Of a DNA stretch of 64,000 bases, positions 1-12,596 are shown piece after piece (within the stretch, counting starts at the first letter, position 1; the number at the start of each line of letters is the position of its first letter). Position numbers and translations under genes: made by a program. Below the pieces are notes generated by a model. The model was given only the letters and a program-made list of their open reading frames with translations, did no database searches and was not told where the DNA came from. Source of the DNA: Eledone cirrhosa (lineage: Eukaryota); the NCBI GenBank assembly GCA_964016885.1, contig OZ024741.1:221216001-221280000 (forward strand), in the 5' to 3' direction.

Positions 1-176
1 AGGAATTAAGGTTGTAAGTACACTTTAGCTTATTATATCACAACCAGTCAATTATATACATATTTATATAAATAGATAAAAATATAAATATTACTGGTGA
101 TTATACATGCTGTTAGAGACTATATATATATGTAGTACAGCTGTTTGGTGGGTTCTTGTTAGTCTTGTACATGTTA

Positions 177-365
177 CAGTCAGTAGACTGTGGCAATGCT
201 GGGGCAGTCAGTCAGTAGACTGTGGCCATGCTGGGGCAGTCAGCTGACTGTAGCAATGCTGGGGCAATCACTCACTAGACAGTGGCCATGCTGGGGCAGT
301 CAGTCAGTAGACTGTAGCTATGCTGGGGCAGTCAGTCAGTAGACTGTAGACATGCTGGAGCAACA
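177..365. repeat. ~32-bp tandem repeat (cagtcagtagactgtggccatgctgggg), ~6 copies, probably an amplified SINE end
   Basis: Direct repeats are visible; the same motif occurs singly at ~30038-30093 after (tactctt)n. Confidence 0.75.
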
Positions 366-540
366 GCTTGGTTTATTCAATCATATAGACACCACTTATT
401 TTTTCTCATATATTGATTTGATTGATTTAGTACTTATAGTATTGATCTCTGTTGTATTTTCTGTTGAACTACTGTTATTTCCCATAAAAACAGACAATTG
501 CAAACACACACATATGTATATACACACAATCAGAGATTTA

Positions 541-613
<73 letters not shown>

Positions 614-616
<3 letters not shown>

Positions 617-694
617 TGTAATAAACAACATAAGATAATTAATTCAGAAACCACTAGTAAATGAATTAATTATCTTATGTTGTTTATTACATAA
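614..694. repeat. Perfect 33-bp inverted repeat with a 15-nt loop (gaaaccactagtaaa)
   Basis: 614-646 is the exact reverse complement of 662-694; related sequence at ~59858-59903. Confidence 0.9.
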
Positions 695-775
695 GTAAAA
701 AGCTCTGTAGCCTACATAGAGCACTCTCTTTTCCTTTACCTTTCCTACAGAAATACTTCATCTATATATATATAT

Positions 776-829
<54 letters not shown>

Positions 830-1074
830 CAACACTTTCTAGCAAAGAAAACAGATATTTAATGCTAATGATGATGATTTCATATATATATATATATATT
901 ACCCACTCTACTACCCTAAGTATCGAGTACTCTGGTGCGTTATGGGTCACCTCGTTCCTTACCACACTTTCTCTCTTATATATATGACAGTCAATTGACT
1001 TTTCGTCAAATCGGACCAAGGAAACAATGTTTCCATTGGTCTTTCTAATTGCTAATGCCATCTATCGGTCGCAA

Positions 1075-1283
1075 CTGGTAAAACCAACCGGCAGGAGACC
1101 CAGGGGTAGACCACGAGCAAGATGGTTGGATAACATCCATGAGCTTGACTGGTCTCACTTATGGATCCAGCTGGTTCAGTTGGAGACAGTTGCTTCTGAC
1201 AGGACCCACTAGAAGGAGTGTTTGAGGGCTCTGCCCCCCAATGACCCTCTCAGGAATAAGTGGGAGGAGAAAGAAGAAGAAGA
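1075..1283 (+). mobile_element. 3' end of an RTE-like LINE with a (GAA)n tail
   Basis: Translates to GRRPRGRPRARWLDNI (RTE C-terminus); homologous to 6690-7068; ends in gaagaagaaga before (TA)n. Confidence 0.75.
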
Positions 1284-1300
1284 TATATATATATATAGAA

Positions 1301-1342
<42 letters not shown>

Positions 1343-1545
1343 TTCTAACCACATGCCCATAGTATCGGAACTGTGATCTCTCAATTCAGAGAAATAGTGG
1401 CTCTACCTGGAGAGACTCTCTGATCTTTGAGCTATGCACTCTATCAAGTAACGTTACTCCAAAGACCCTTCGGAGGAACCCTATTTCAGTCATTTGTATT
1501 CGCGATCGTATTCTTTTGATCATTACCCAAGATTCATGACCATAT
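1343..1545 (-). mobile_element. RTE-like LINE fragment, same family as 1075-1283 (upstream part, opposite strand)
   Basis: YGHESW...EIGFLRRVFGVTLLDRVHSSKIRESLQVEPL is typical of the RTE post-RT region. Confidence 0.75.
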
Positions 1546-2390
1546 ATATATATCATCATCATACATACACACATACATGGTGGCTGCCAACTCGTTTTCG
1601 AGTACGGCCACTACTTTATATCCATGTAGGAGAACCCCTACCGATGCGCTGAACGAGTGTGACTTTTTAGTCCAGCCAGCGACTTGAAAACTCTGGTACA
1701 AACACTACACTTGTGACAATTATTGACACATAGTGCTGGGCCCATGGTACCATGTGACGACAAGTGCAGAGAGATCTCCAGATATAAAGCAATGCCTGTG
1801 CTGTAAAGCTTTTATAGTGAGCAAAGGCACTGCACAAAGCCAGTTCCACTCTCTTAACCAAGATGATATTTACCAAAAAGAAGAACAAGTCAACATCATT
1901 GGAAACCATCAGGGTTGCAGGTGTTATATCAGAGTTTTCCTTCTCCTAGAATTCTGCCTTGACAAAGGCTAAGGGGTCATCTCTCCTGGTGATTTTGGAT
2001 GGCCATTGACTCTTAAGAGCTCCTTTGCCCTTTGACAGGTTTTGTTTTTAGTCCTGCAGGATGTCCAAAGTCACCCTCCTCACCAAGAAACCTTGGTGGG
2101 GTTGCCAGTTTAGTCGCCAACGACCCGACCATGGGACAGGTTGTACTGGGATACATGTTACCAGTAGCACCAACTGGTCACCTGACATACACACACATAC
2201 ATACATACATACATACATACAAACATATATGATGGTGATGATGGTGATGGTTATGATCATGATGATGATGATAATGGTGGTGGTAGTGATGGTGGTGATG
2301 GTTATGATGGTAATGGTAATGGTTCTTATGATGATTGTCATGACTATGATGGTTATGAACATTATGATGGTGGTAGCTAGAATGAGGATA

Positions 2391-2450
2391 ATCTATATAA
2401 TAAAAGCGCTGTCTGTCTGTCCATCCGTCATGCTCACTTTATACAGAGAG
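2391..2450 (+). mobile_element. Possible Helitron 5' terminus remnant
   Basis: A|TCTATATAATAAAAG followed by (ctgt)n, resembling the 5' end of the Helitron at 18088. Confidence 0.4.
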
Positions 2451-3711
2451 GAGTGCCAAACAAGAGATATAAACATAGAGAGAAAAGGGAATGTTGTGTG
2501 TTTTGAGATGACAGAAAGAGGCAGATAGAGAGAAAGTTATGATGTCGCCCTTATCTTATATAGAGAGGAGGGGGGGTGCACATAGAGAGAGAAAAGGGAC
2601 ACCATTTGTTTAGAGTGTGTGTGTGACAGAAGGAGGAAGAAAACGTCACCCTTATCTAATGAATATTATAGTGAAGTAGATGACCATAGATGTAATGCTG
2701 ATGATGATATTTAATTATGATCAGGAAGTTTATGGTGATGATGATGATGATGATGATGATATGTAAGTGTTAATGATGATGATGATGATGATGTTGATGA
2801 TGATTGTGAGGGTAGTGGTGACATCTAGGTTTAATTGACAGCAATGTAGAATAATGTTTTGTCCAGACACACACAAACACAAACACACACAAACACACAC
2901 AACCACACACATACACACACACACAACCTCTCTCTCAGATTTAAACACATGCTCTAGGAGCAACAATATTCTTTCTGTCTGGCTCTCCCTTCAGCTACCA
3001 ATTATTCAGTGCTCCCAAGAATGTTTTTCTTCTTTCTAACATTGACACAACGCCACAGCAGGAAGGGCAAAGTCGATTATATCAACCACATTATTTAACT
3101 GGTACTTTATTTTAACAAGCCTGGAAGAATAAAAGGGTTCCTAAGAATTTCAAATCATTATGTATGGATCTGTAACTCCTGCTGAAGTTATAGGGATGCT
3201 GTAGTGACAGAATGTCTAGGGTACTTTAAACCTGGTGGAGTCCAACCGTTCTCCAGGTCTGAACAGAGCTGGTTTCTTCCAGTGAAAGAGAGTATGATAG
3301 AAAGGAAGTGAGGAAGAATTGGCCCCAATACTGGACTGGGACCTTTTTATTGACCTTGAAAGGACACAATTTGACCCCAGTAGGATTTGATCTCAGAGAA
3401 CAGAAAGCTGGAAGGAGCAGCAAATAGCATTCTATCCAACATTATAATGACTCAGCTGATTCGCCACTTCTCAAATCATTAAATGGGGGTGCTATGTTTC
3501 AAGACACCATTGCTCAGAATTCAGGTCTTCCTCCCCACACCACTGGTTTGTTCGAAGGAAAGGCAAAGGGCTGACATATCTTTGCACCAGTGTCATTACA
3601 GACAAACTCAGAATGAATCAAATACTACAATCTATGTTGTTTGATCCACTAACAATTCCACTTTTTCACTGCTTTCTACTAACATTTTATTCATCAATCT
3701 TGAAAGAATGA

Positions 3712-3900
3712 AAGTCAAAGTTAACCAAGGTGAAATTTGAACTTGGTGTTCAAAGAGCCAGATCAAATACCACAAAGTAAAGTTAACCTAGGTGAAATTT
3801 GAATATGGTGTTCAAAAAGCCAGATCAAATACCACAAAACAAAATTAACCTAGGTGGGATTTGAACTCACTGTTCAAAGAGCCAGATCAAATACTGTAAA
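3712..3900. repeat. ~61-bp tandem triplication of a SINE segment
   Basis: aaagttaacc(t/a)aggtgaaatttgaac...ttcaaagagccagatcaaatac x3, matching the SINE B-box region on the minus strand. Confidence 0.7.
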
Positions 3901-4029
3901 ACACTCTATCTGATACTTTAACAACTCTGCCAATTGCTACCTTATTACAAATTATAGATGGATTGACTAGACACATTGAAAATAGGGTGCTTTTATTGTT
4001 GTTGTTTATTTTGGTCAGTAAGGAGGTTG

Positions 4030-4545
4030 TGCAAACCTAACATAGTACCATAGACACTACTTGCAGCAGACTGGCACCCAAGAACTTCAGCTTCTTCAGC
4101 CTCTCTATAGTAAAAAAACAGTGTAAACATAACAAAGTACCATAGACTCTACAGACAGCAGTTCAGCACCCTACAATGTTAGCCTTTTGAGTCTCTCTCT
4201 CTATAGTAAAAAACAGTGTAAACCTAACATAGTACCGTAGACTCTATAGACAGCAGTCCGGCACCCTAGTATGTCAGCCACTTGAGTCTCTATATAGTGT
4301 AAACCTAACATAGTACCATAGACTATACAGACAGCAGTCCGGCACCCTAGTATGTCAGCCTCTTGAGTCTCTATATAGTGTAAACCTAACATAGTACCAT
4401 AGACACAACAGACAGCAGTCCAGCACCCTAGTATGTCAGCCTCTTGAGTCTCTATATAGTGTAAACCTACCATAGTACCATAGACACAACAGACAGCAGT
4501 CCGGCACCCTAGTATGTCAGCCTCATGAGTCTCTATATAGTAAAA
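4030..4545. repeat. ~78-bp minisatellite, ~6 copies
   Basis: Repeating unit gtgtaaacctaacatagtaccatagac...cagcagtccggcaccctagtatgtcagcctcttgagtctctatata. Confidence 0.9.
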
Positions 4546-4772
4546 AACTAATCAATATATATTGAGATGTGAAAATATGGTCTTCCTATTTGTATACAGC
4601 TATTTCCACTATCGACTATTGGTTATGTCTCAACCTAAATCATTGGAACCAAATATATATAACATGTAACACATTCTAAAGTATTTGTACCACCTCCTTC
4701 TTACCCCTCCATCTCTCTTTCTTACGCACACACACACACACATATATGTATACACACACATATACATATATA

Positions 4773-4828
<56 letters not shown>

Positions 4829-5525
4829 CATACAGACACATATATACATATATACACACACATATATACATATATACACACTAAAGTATTTGTATCACTT
4901 CATTCTTACCCCCTCCATCTCTCTTTCTTACATATACATACACACATACATATATATATATACACACATATACATACACACATACACACACACACACATA
5001 TATATATATATATGTACACACATATATATATATATGTATACACACCCACATATCACTTCATTCTTCCTCTACACCCACCTCCCTCATTCTCTCACACACA
5101 CACAAACACAGAGACACAGGCACATACACACATGTAAACATAGACACACTCACACAGACTCTAAATTATTTGTATCACCTCTTTCTTCATCTAACCCCTC
5201 CACCATCTCTCTCTTTCACACACTCACATACACAGACACACACACAATCACACACACACACTCACACACCGACACACACATAGCCACACACACACAGACA
5301 CACAGACACACAGACACACACAGACACACACTCACACACCGACACACACCCTATTATTTTTACACCAAAATCTGGCATAATACCAAAATCTAGTTTATTT
5401 CCTAACATTACAAATGTTTTATTATTTTTATTTTGCTTTCATTTTTAATTTTAATTTTTTTCCTTTTTCCTTTTTTCACTTTCAATCATTTTAATTGGCT
5501 AATAAAGAAATCATTAACATCACAA

Positions 5526-5563
<38 letters not shown>

Positions 5564-5565
5564 AC

Positions 5566-5796
5566 AAGGGTGATGGATTGGGAGTATCTGTAGAGTGTCG
5601 GACAACATGCGTTGCGGCTGAGTTATGTCCCTTTACATTTTGAGTTCAAAATCCCGCCGAGGTTAACTTTGCCTTTCATTCTTATGGGGTCGATAAAATA
5701 AAGTACCAGTAATGCACTGGAGTCGATTTAATCGACTTTCCTTGCCCCTAAATTACTGGCCTTGTGCCTATAATAGAAATCATTATTATTATTATT
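5566..5796 (+). mobile_element. tRNA-derived SINE family 2 with (ATT)n tail
   Basis: B-box-like gagttcaaaatcc; conserved core gcctttcat..ggggtcgataaaataaagtaccag shared with many copies. Confidence 0.8.
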
Positions 5797-6600
5797 GTTC
5801 TTTGAGTCTCAGTCATTGATGTTAGTTAACTGGAAAGTTTGTTGAAATGAATATCAAGCCACTACCTGCAGCCTCAGATATTCAGGACGTATCGTAGGGT
5901 TCTTGCTGTTCCCAGCAAGCATGCCTTTTGAAGCGTTCCAAAAAGCGTGAAGGGGCCAATTTTCTTTAACCATCCCTGGAAACTTTTGGAGATAGTCCCT
6001 AGTGCGCCTATGACAATCGGGATCACCTTGACTTCATGGCAGTTCCAAATCCTTTTTACCTCCCACTTTAAGTCCTGGTATCGGTTAATTTTCTCCCTCT
6101 CCTTCTCTTGCACTCTCGTGTCGAATGGGCAGGCCACATCCACAATCAGGCACGATCTTTTTTCTTTGTCCACAACCACCAGGTCAGGTCTATTGTGTTC
6201 CAGTTTCTTGTCCGTCTGTATCCTAAAATCCCACAGCACCTTCACCTGATCGTTTTCTATCACCGCCTCTGGCTTATGCTCATACCATTTCTCAGAATGT
6301 GGTAAATTGTTTACTTTGCATAGATGCCAGTGGATCACCCTGCCCATCACATTATGTCTCCAACCTTTATAGTGAGTCTGGGCTAGGTGTTTACACTCGG
6401 ATACAATGTGAGCCACAGTCTCCTCTCTCTCTCCACAGATCCTGCACAGTGGGCTAGCCTCCTCCTTGTAAATATGGTGTTTCAACCACTTCGTTTTGAG
6501 GGCCTGCTCCTGCGCAGCCATTAACATTCCTTCTGTAGCCTTTTTAAGGTCTCCTCTTTTCAACCAGTTCCATGTCTGTGGATCTCTAAATTTAGTTTTC
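5797..6600 (-). mobile_element. 5'-truncated R4/Dong-like non-LTR retrotransposon in a (TAA)n tract
   Basis: Contains the RLE ORF; (TTA)n tracts on both sides (5782-5796 and 6610-6667). Confidence 0.85.
5874..6563 (-). CDS. C-terminal CCHC zinc knuckle plus restriction-like (PD-D/ExK) endonuclease of an R4/Dong-clade LINE (partial)
   Basis: CRICGEREETVAHIVSEC, RHN, LWDF, RPDLVVVD...IVDVACPFD, K..RY..L motifs. Confidence 0.85.
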   Translation of the reverse strand: MKRGDLKKATEGMLMAAQEQALKTKWLKHHIYKEEASPLCRICGEREETVAHIVSECKHLAQTHYKGWRHNVMGRVIHWHLCKVNNLPHSEKWYEHKPEAVIENDQVKVLWDFRIQTDKKLEHNRPDLVVVDKEKRSCLIVDVACPFDTRVQEKEREKINRYQDLKWEVKRIWNCHEVKVIPIVIGALGTISKSFQGWLKKIGPFTLFGTLQKACLLGTARTLRYVLNI

Positions 6601-6614
6601 TAAAAGAAGTATTA

Positions 6615-6668
<54 letters not shown>

Positions 6669-6689
6669 GGATTGGCAGTATTGGTAGAG

Positions 6690-7068
6690 TCCTCAAACAC
6701 TCCTTCCAGCTGATCCTGTCAGAAACAACCATCTCCAACTGATCCGGCTGGAGACCAGCCAAGCTCATGGATGTCATCCAACCATCTTGCTCGAGGTTGA
6801 CCCCTGTTTCTCCTGCCAGTTGGTTTTGCCCATAAAATCTATCTAGTGATTCTTTTCTGAGACATCCTAACCACATGGCCATAGTATAGGAGCTGTGATC
6901 TCTCAATTTGGAGAAGTAGTGGCTCTACCTGGAGTGAATCTCTGATCTCCAAGCTATGCACTCTATCGAGTAACATTATTCCAAAGACTCTGCAGAGGAA
7001 CCCCATTTTGGCCCCTTGTATTCGCGATTACATTCCTTCAGTCATTACACAAGATTCATGACCATAGG
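6690..7068 (-). mobile_element. Decayed RTE-like LINE 3' fragment
   Basis: Collinear with 1343-1545 plus 1075-1230. Confidence 0.7.
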
Positions 7069-7260
7069 AGTGCCAGAAAAAAAATGTCTTGTATTTAATT
7101 ATAACCCTTTATGTTTGGAGTTCAAATTCTGCCACGGTCAACTTTGCCTTACATCCTTGTTAAAATAAAGTATTGGGGTCAATATATTTATCTATTCTCT
7201 CAGGGTCTGCTATGAAGGTTTTCAGTACTGTCTCACCTCTCCACTAAGCTATTAATAAAC

Positions 7261-7705
7261 TACCGTATATACCATCATACAAATCCATCCAGCACATAGT
7301 TTGACCCCTAAAATTCTGAGGTGTAATTCAAGTATAGGCCTATATTTGCCAGATAAGACGACTCCTAAAATATAAGGTTAGACAATTATAAGACACTTCT
7401 GTCACAAGTGAGTTCTAACTCACTGAGTAAACCAGCCTAGCCTAACCATAACAACGTATGGTAACCTACCCTATGAGCTATGGCAAGTCATTGATATTAT
7501 CATAATCTCTACGTTAAATAGACTCAACAAATATGAGATTCACTAGGAAATAATTGTGGTAGTCTGCTAGAGTTATGGTAAGTGGTGTACGAGTGTTAGG
7601 CTGGCAGTTTCACTGTTTACCCCTCAATGGTAAAGGTTCACATTATATATTCGGCGGACAAGTTGACCCCTGGTTTTGGAGAGATATTTTTAAGCTCCTA
7701 ATTTC
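7261..7705. mobile_element. Degenerate TA-CCGTA-type non-autonomous DNA transposon
   Basis: Starts taccgtatatac; internal repeats (agtttgacccct/agttgacccct); 3' TIR decayed. Confidence 0.35.
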
Positions 7706-8129
7706 AACTTGTATGCCAGCATACTCTGTCCTTTATTTTCTGATCAACTAATGATAATATTGTATTAAAAAGACTACAACAAGAAACCAGTATGGTTGTT
7801 TCTTCTGAAGTGGATCAATCAATCTAATCAATATCCTAAAGAGACTGTAGATATACTGCAAGACATGACCCCTCCCACCTTCACAGCTATATACCTTTTC
7901 AAATATTCATACAAAATCAATAACCAAGGAAGGTTCTAGGTGTATAGCGAGAGAAGCAGCTTCCTCCCCACTCCATCTTTCCCGATCATCAAACAAAGAA
8001 CCTCAATCAATCTGGTGCAGTGTTTATGTTTTACTGTCACTTTATACTGTATTTCTATGGATTGAGAACTTGGTGACATTTGATCATCAACCAAGGAACC
8101 TCTGTCAATCTGGCTTCCCCAGCAAGGCC

Positions 8130-9068
8130 AAATACACTGTCAACCTAGTGCTGTAATGAGGTAGTGTTGGTGCCATGACAAAAACATTCAGTTCACCCTG
8201 TAATGAGATAGTGCTGATACCACTACAAAAGCACAGTTCACTCTGTAAAGTGGTAGTATTGGTGCCATGAAAAAAGCATCCAGTCCAACCTATAAAGTGG
8301 TAGTATTGGTGCCAAAACAAAAGCATCCAGTCCACCCTATAAGGTGGTAGTGCTGGTGCAACACCAAAAACACCCAGTCCACCCTATAAGGTGGTGGTGC
8401 TGGAGTCACAATAAAATGCTTCCAGTACATGGTGTAACGTGGTTGCTTTTAGGAAGGTGATAGTGCCATATAAACCATGCTTCCACTACAAGCAGTTAGG
8501 AAAAGCATCTAACCATAGAAACCATGATCCAAGTACACCCTGTAAAGCGGTTGGCATTATGAAGGGTATCCAGCCATAAAAGCCATGCTCCTAGTACACA
8601 CTGTAAAGTGTTTGGCATTATGAAGGGTACCCAGCCATAAAAAAACATGCTCCTAGTACACTGTAAAGTGGTTGGCATTTGGAAGAGCAACTATCCATAG
8701 AAACCATGCTCCTAGTACACACTGTAAAGTGGTTGGCATTATGAAGGGTATCCAGACATAGAAACCATGCTCCTAGTACACACTGTAAAGTGGTTGGCAT
8801 TATGAAGGGTATCCAGACATAGAAACCATGCTCCAAGTACACTGTAAAGTGGTTGGCATTATGAAGGGTATCCAGACATAGAAACCATACTCCAAGTACA
8901 CTGTAAAGTGGTTGGCATTATGAAGGGTATCCAGACATAGAAACCATGCTCCAAGTACACTGTAAAGTGGTTGGCATTTGGAAGAGCAACTATCCATAGA
9001 AACCATGCTCCTAGTACACACTGTAAAGTGGTTGGCATTATAAAGGGTATCCAGACATAGAAACCAAG
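8130..9068 (+). repeat. Tandem arrays (~52-bp then ~60-bp units) derived from an RTE 3' UTR segment
   Basis: Unit cactgtaaagtggttggcattatgaagggtatccagacatagaaacc resembles RTE 3' UTR cactgtaaatgtggttggtgttaggaagggcatccaactgtagaaaacc (~58997-59045). Confidence 0.85.
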
Positions 9069-9208
9069 CCAAAACAAAGTGTACTAGATTTGAACAGAGA
9101 TTAGATTCTCTTTTGAATATAGATTTGTGTGTAGGTGGGGGGAAGGGGTATTTATAAAACAATAAACCCTTGGATAAACACAGCTAATATTCACTAGTGT
9201 GAGATATA

Positions 9209-9410
9209 TCATCATCATCACCATTTACGTCCATTTTTCCATACTAGCATGGGTTAGACGAGTTGTCCTGTTGTAAGACAATCAGATCAGGTGATTGTGT
9301 CTTGCTCCTACAGAATTGGTTTCTATGGCTGGATGTCCTTCCTAATGCCTTTACTGTGTGTACAGGGCACTTTTTCTTGTGACACTTACATGACCATTTT
9401 ACAGTGTGTA
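9209..9410 (-). mobile_element. RTE 3' UTR fragment with (GAT)n tail
   Basis: catcatc..tttacgtccatttttccatactagcatgggttagacg matches the RTE tail. Confidence 0.75.
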
Positions 9411-9743
9411 AATATATATTCTGGAACTAGCTATTGAAACAGCAAGAGCTCAGCTGTCGGGTCCTGACTCGTTATAATTTAACCATACTCTACTGCCGTA
9501 ATTATTGAGTACTTTGTTGAGTAATGGTCTAACTAGATTCAAACTGAATCCATCCTGATTTATTTGTATATATGCTCACTTTAAAGAGCTTCAAGCTCAG
9601 GCATCGCTTGATATGTGACATTTTTTGTGATGCATGGCATTGCTGACCATAGGCAGACTAGGAAGCCATGTCCGTGGTACTCAAGCGATGGTATTAGTCA
9701 AAATTGAGTTGCAGCCATCATGTAGTAATGTATGTATGTATAC

Positions 9744-9775
<32 letters not shown>

Positions 9776-10402
9776 TTATGTATATATGTATGTATGTAAT
9801 GTATGTATGTATATATGTATAAATATATATATACATATATATATGTATGTATGTATAAATATATATATACATATATATATGTATGTATAAGAAAGTTTAT
9901 AAAGCAACAACCTCAAAACCCAAACCCCAACTAAATATATGTCCTTATAGTTGTTAGTAATTTGAGTGTTCTCAACACTTTAGATATGAAAGTCGAGTCT
10001 AATTCAGAGGAATATGATACCTTTTGAAGTATCAATATAAAGATACTTCTATGATAATACTTAGCTTGACAAGTACCACTTATTGGATGTGGACCACATA
10101 CCAAACTTACCAAAACTTTAATCTATAGTTTGGCAATTATCCAGCCATTCTATGAAAAATGATGCTATTTGTGTGTGAGTATATATGTGTATTTGTGTAT
10201 GTGTGTGTGAGTATGTGTGTTGTATGATTATCATTGGTGGTTAATATATATATATATATTAAAGTGTTAAACAATATTCAATGATTATGTCAAAGAATGA
10301 GTTTTACAGTAGATTGGAAGCACTCAACGAAAAATAATTTTCTGGAGTTATTAATATTAAAATATAAGTATTAATAAAATAGATGTTCTTTTGATCAATT
10401 AC

Positions 10403-10455
10403 ATTTTATTATACATATTTCGGATGTACAACAGTACGTCCTCATCAAACAAAAT
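10403..10455 (-). ncRNA. Type I hammerhead ribozyme, variant copy (core UUGAUGA)
   Basis: Reverse-complement copy of 10528-10580 with a C3U change in the core. Confidence 0.6.
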
Positions 10456-10527
10456 ATAATGATTCATGACATACCCTTGATTAAATTTTAACCATTTAAC
10501 ATTTTAGAGTATGTCATGTATCATTAT

Positions 10528-10580
10528 ATTTTGTCTGATGAGGACGTACTGTTGTACATCCGAAATATGTATAATGAAAT
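10528..10580 (+). ncRNA. Type I hammerhead ribozyme with minimal stem III
   Basis: Stem I ATTTTGT/ATGAAAT; CTGATGA 10535-41; stem II GGAcGTAC-tgtt-GTACaTCC; GAAA 10562-65; T-ATGT-A; AUA cleavage triplet ending 10573. Confidence 0.85.
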
Positions 10581-10625
10581 GTAATTGATCAAAAGAACAT
10601 CTATTTTATTAATACTTATATTTTA

Positions 10626-10660
<35 letters not shown>

Positions 10661-10690
10661 GATGAGTGTATGCCTGTGTATGATTGTGTG

Positions 10691-10768
<78 letters not shown>

Positions 10769-10991
10769 TGTGTGTGTATGTGTATGTCAGTGTATGTGTG
10801 AATGTAATGTATATGTTGTGCATTGTTTCATAATTGTATGATTATTATTTTGGCAGTAAATATATATGTATATATATATATACATATATACATATATATG
10901 AGCCTATGCCTGTGCATATGTGTGTAAATGTATGTATGTTGGTATGTTTATATCTCAGTATATATATATATATATATATCCCCATCATCCT

Positions 10992-11041
<50 letters not shown>

Positions 11042-11042
11042 A

Positions 11043-11090
<48 letters not shown>

Positions 11091-11103
11091 TCTTCATCAT
11101 CCT

Positions 11104-11155
<52 letters not shown>

Positions 11156-11165
11156 AGGATGATGA

Positions 11166-11208
<43 letters not shown>

Positions 11209-11454
11209 CATCCCATGCAAGCATGGAAAAGCAAACATAAAAAGGATTATGATGACATACCAACATACATATATGCCAAGTATACACTTGCTGTTAATAT
11301 TCCATATAACTTATAACACATTTCTATACATTGTCATTAACTACATATCAATGGTATAACTTTGATAGGTTTTAACTAATATTGGCCCACACCATGTATA
11401 ACATAATACCACCACCTGGTGAACTCTTTTATATCCTGTTTCATATTTCAGTAA

Positions 11455-11830
11455 TGAAAGCGCATGGCTGAGTGGTTAGAGAATTGGATTCACAATGGTG
11501 ACATTATGAGTTTGATTCTCAGACCAGCGATGCTTTATGTCCTTGAGCAAGACACTTTATTTCACGTTGCTCCTTCTGCTTCGATTTGTGACCGATAGAG
11601 AGTATTAGCAATTGGAAAGACTAATGGAAACATTGTTTTCTCGGTTCGATTTGCTGAGTTCTGGGATCTTGTCAATCGACTGGCGATATTTCAATCCTAG
11701 TTTAGACATTATGGCCCACTGACTAGAGATAGAACTGGGGTCCCTATCATTAAATCACCCAAGACACCTCAAACGAGATATACCTTGGAGGAGGCCAGCT
11801 AAACCTGCATAGGTGTGAGCTGTCACACAC
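11455..11830 (+). mobile_element. tRNA-head SINE (family 1, alternative tail), interrupted by another repeat at ~11580-11690
   Basis: A box tggctgagtgg, B box gagtttgattc; tail shared with 27856-28103. Confidence 0.7.
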
Positions 11831-12159
11831 ACACACGCACACTGACTAGAGAGTTGTTTTTGCAATGTTAGACTTACCTATAAGCTAAAATAAGCTATAG
11901 CTTAGAGTTACACAACCTTGGTGGCCTCATTTTTTAAATATATTTTTTTGTTTATCATTAGTTTATATTTTTTAACACTAAATCATCCTCGAACCAATTC
12001 AAGGATCACCTGTCGTTGCAATAACACAGAATCGGTGGGCCATCTCCAAATCAAAATCAGGTCTCTATTTTCTATTTTCTATTTCTAAATCAAAAAACAT
12101 TATATGATGAGAACTGACATGAGGACCAATCCTTGGGTAATTTTAAACTCGGGCAATAT

Positions 12160-12592
12160 TGGAGTCATGTGGCCAAGTGGTTAGGGTATTGAACTTATCA
12201 TCATAATGTCATGGTTTGATTCCTGGACTGGGTGGTGTGTTGTGTTCTTGAGCAAAACACTTCATTTCACATTATTCCGGTATAAATAATAATGAAATTA
12301 TTGTGTAAAGTGCTCAGGTGCCCTACAACTCGTCAAAGGGGCATGTATAGTACATAGAATAATATACAAATGTCAGGGAAGTGAAATAGTATATGAGTCA
12401 TGGTATACATGTGTGTATGTGTATGGAGGGGGAACATTAGGTGTAGTGTAGTGTATACTCAGCTAAAAACGAATACCAGTAATAGCTGGAGGTTTAACTC
12501 TGCGATGGACTGGCATCCTGTCCAGGGGCAAGTCTTGTATTCTCAGACTCTTCACGCCATGATAAGCACCAGCCTGATGAGTCTCAAATGGC
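12160..12592 (+). mobile_element. Degenerate tRNA-head SINE or composite repeat
   Basis: tggccaagtggttag...ggtttgattcc head and ttgagcaaaacacttcatttcac core. Confidence 0.6.
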
Positions 12593-12596
12593 TTAA

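Larger units (their letters stand above)
10354..10629. repeat. Foldback element with ~120-bp inverted arms, each carrying a hammerhead motif
   Basis: 10354-10475 is the near-exact reverse complement of 10509-10629. Confidence 0.9.

Noticed and set aside
12574-12596. CTGATGAG as a hammerhead core
   Set aside because: No downstream GAAA or closing stem I, even after removing the MITE.
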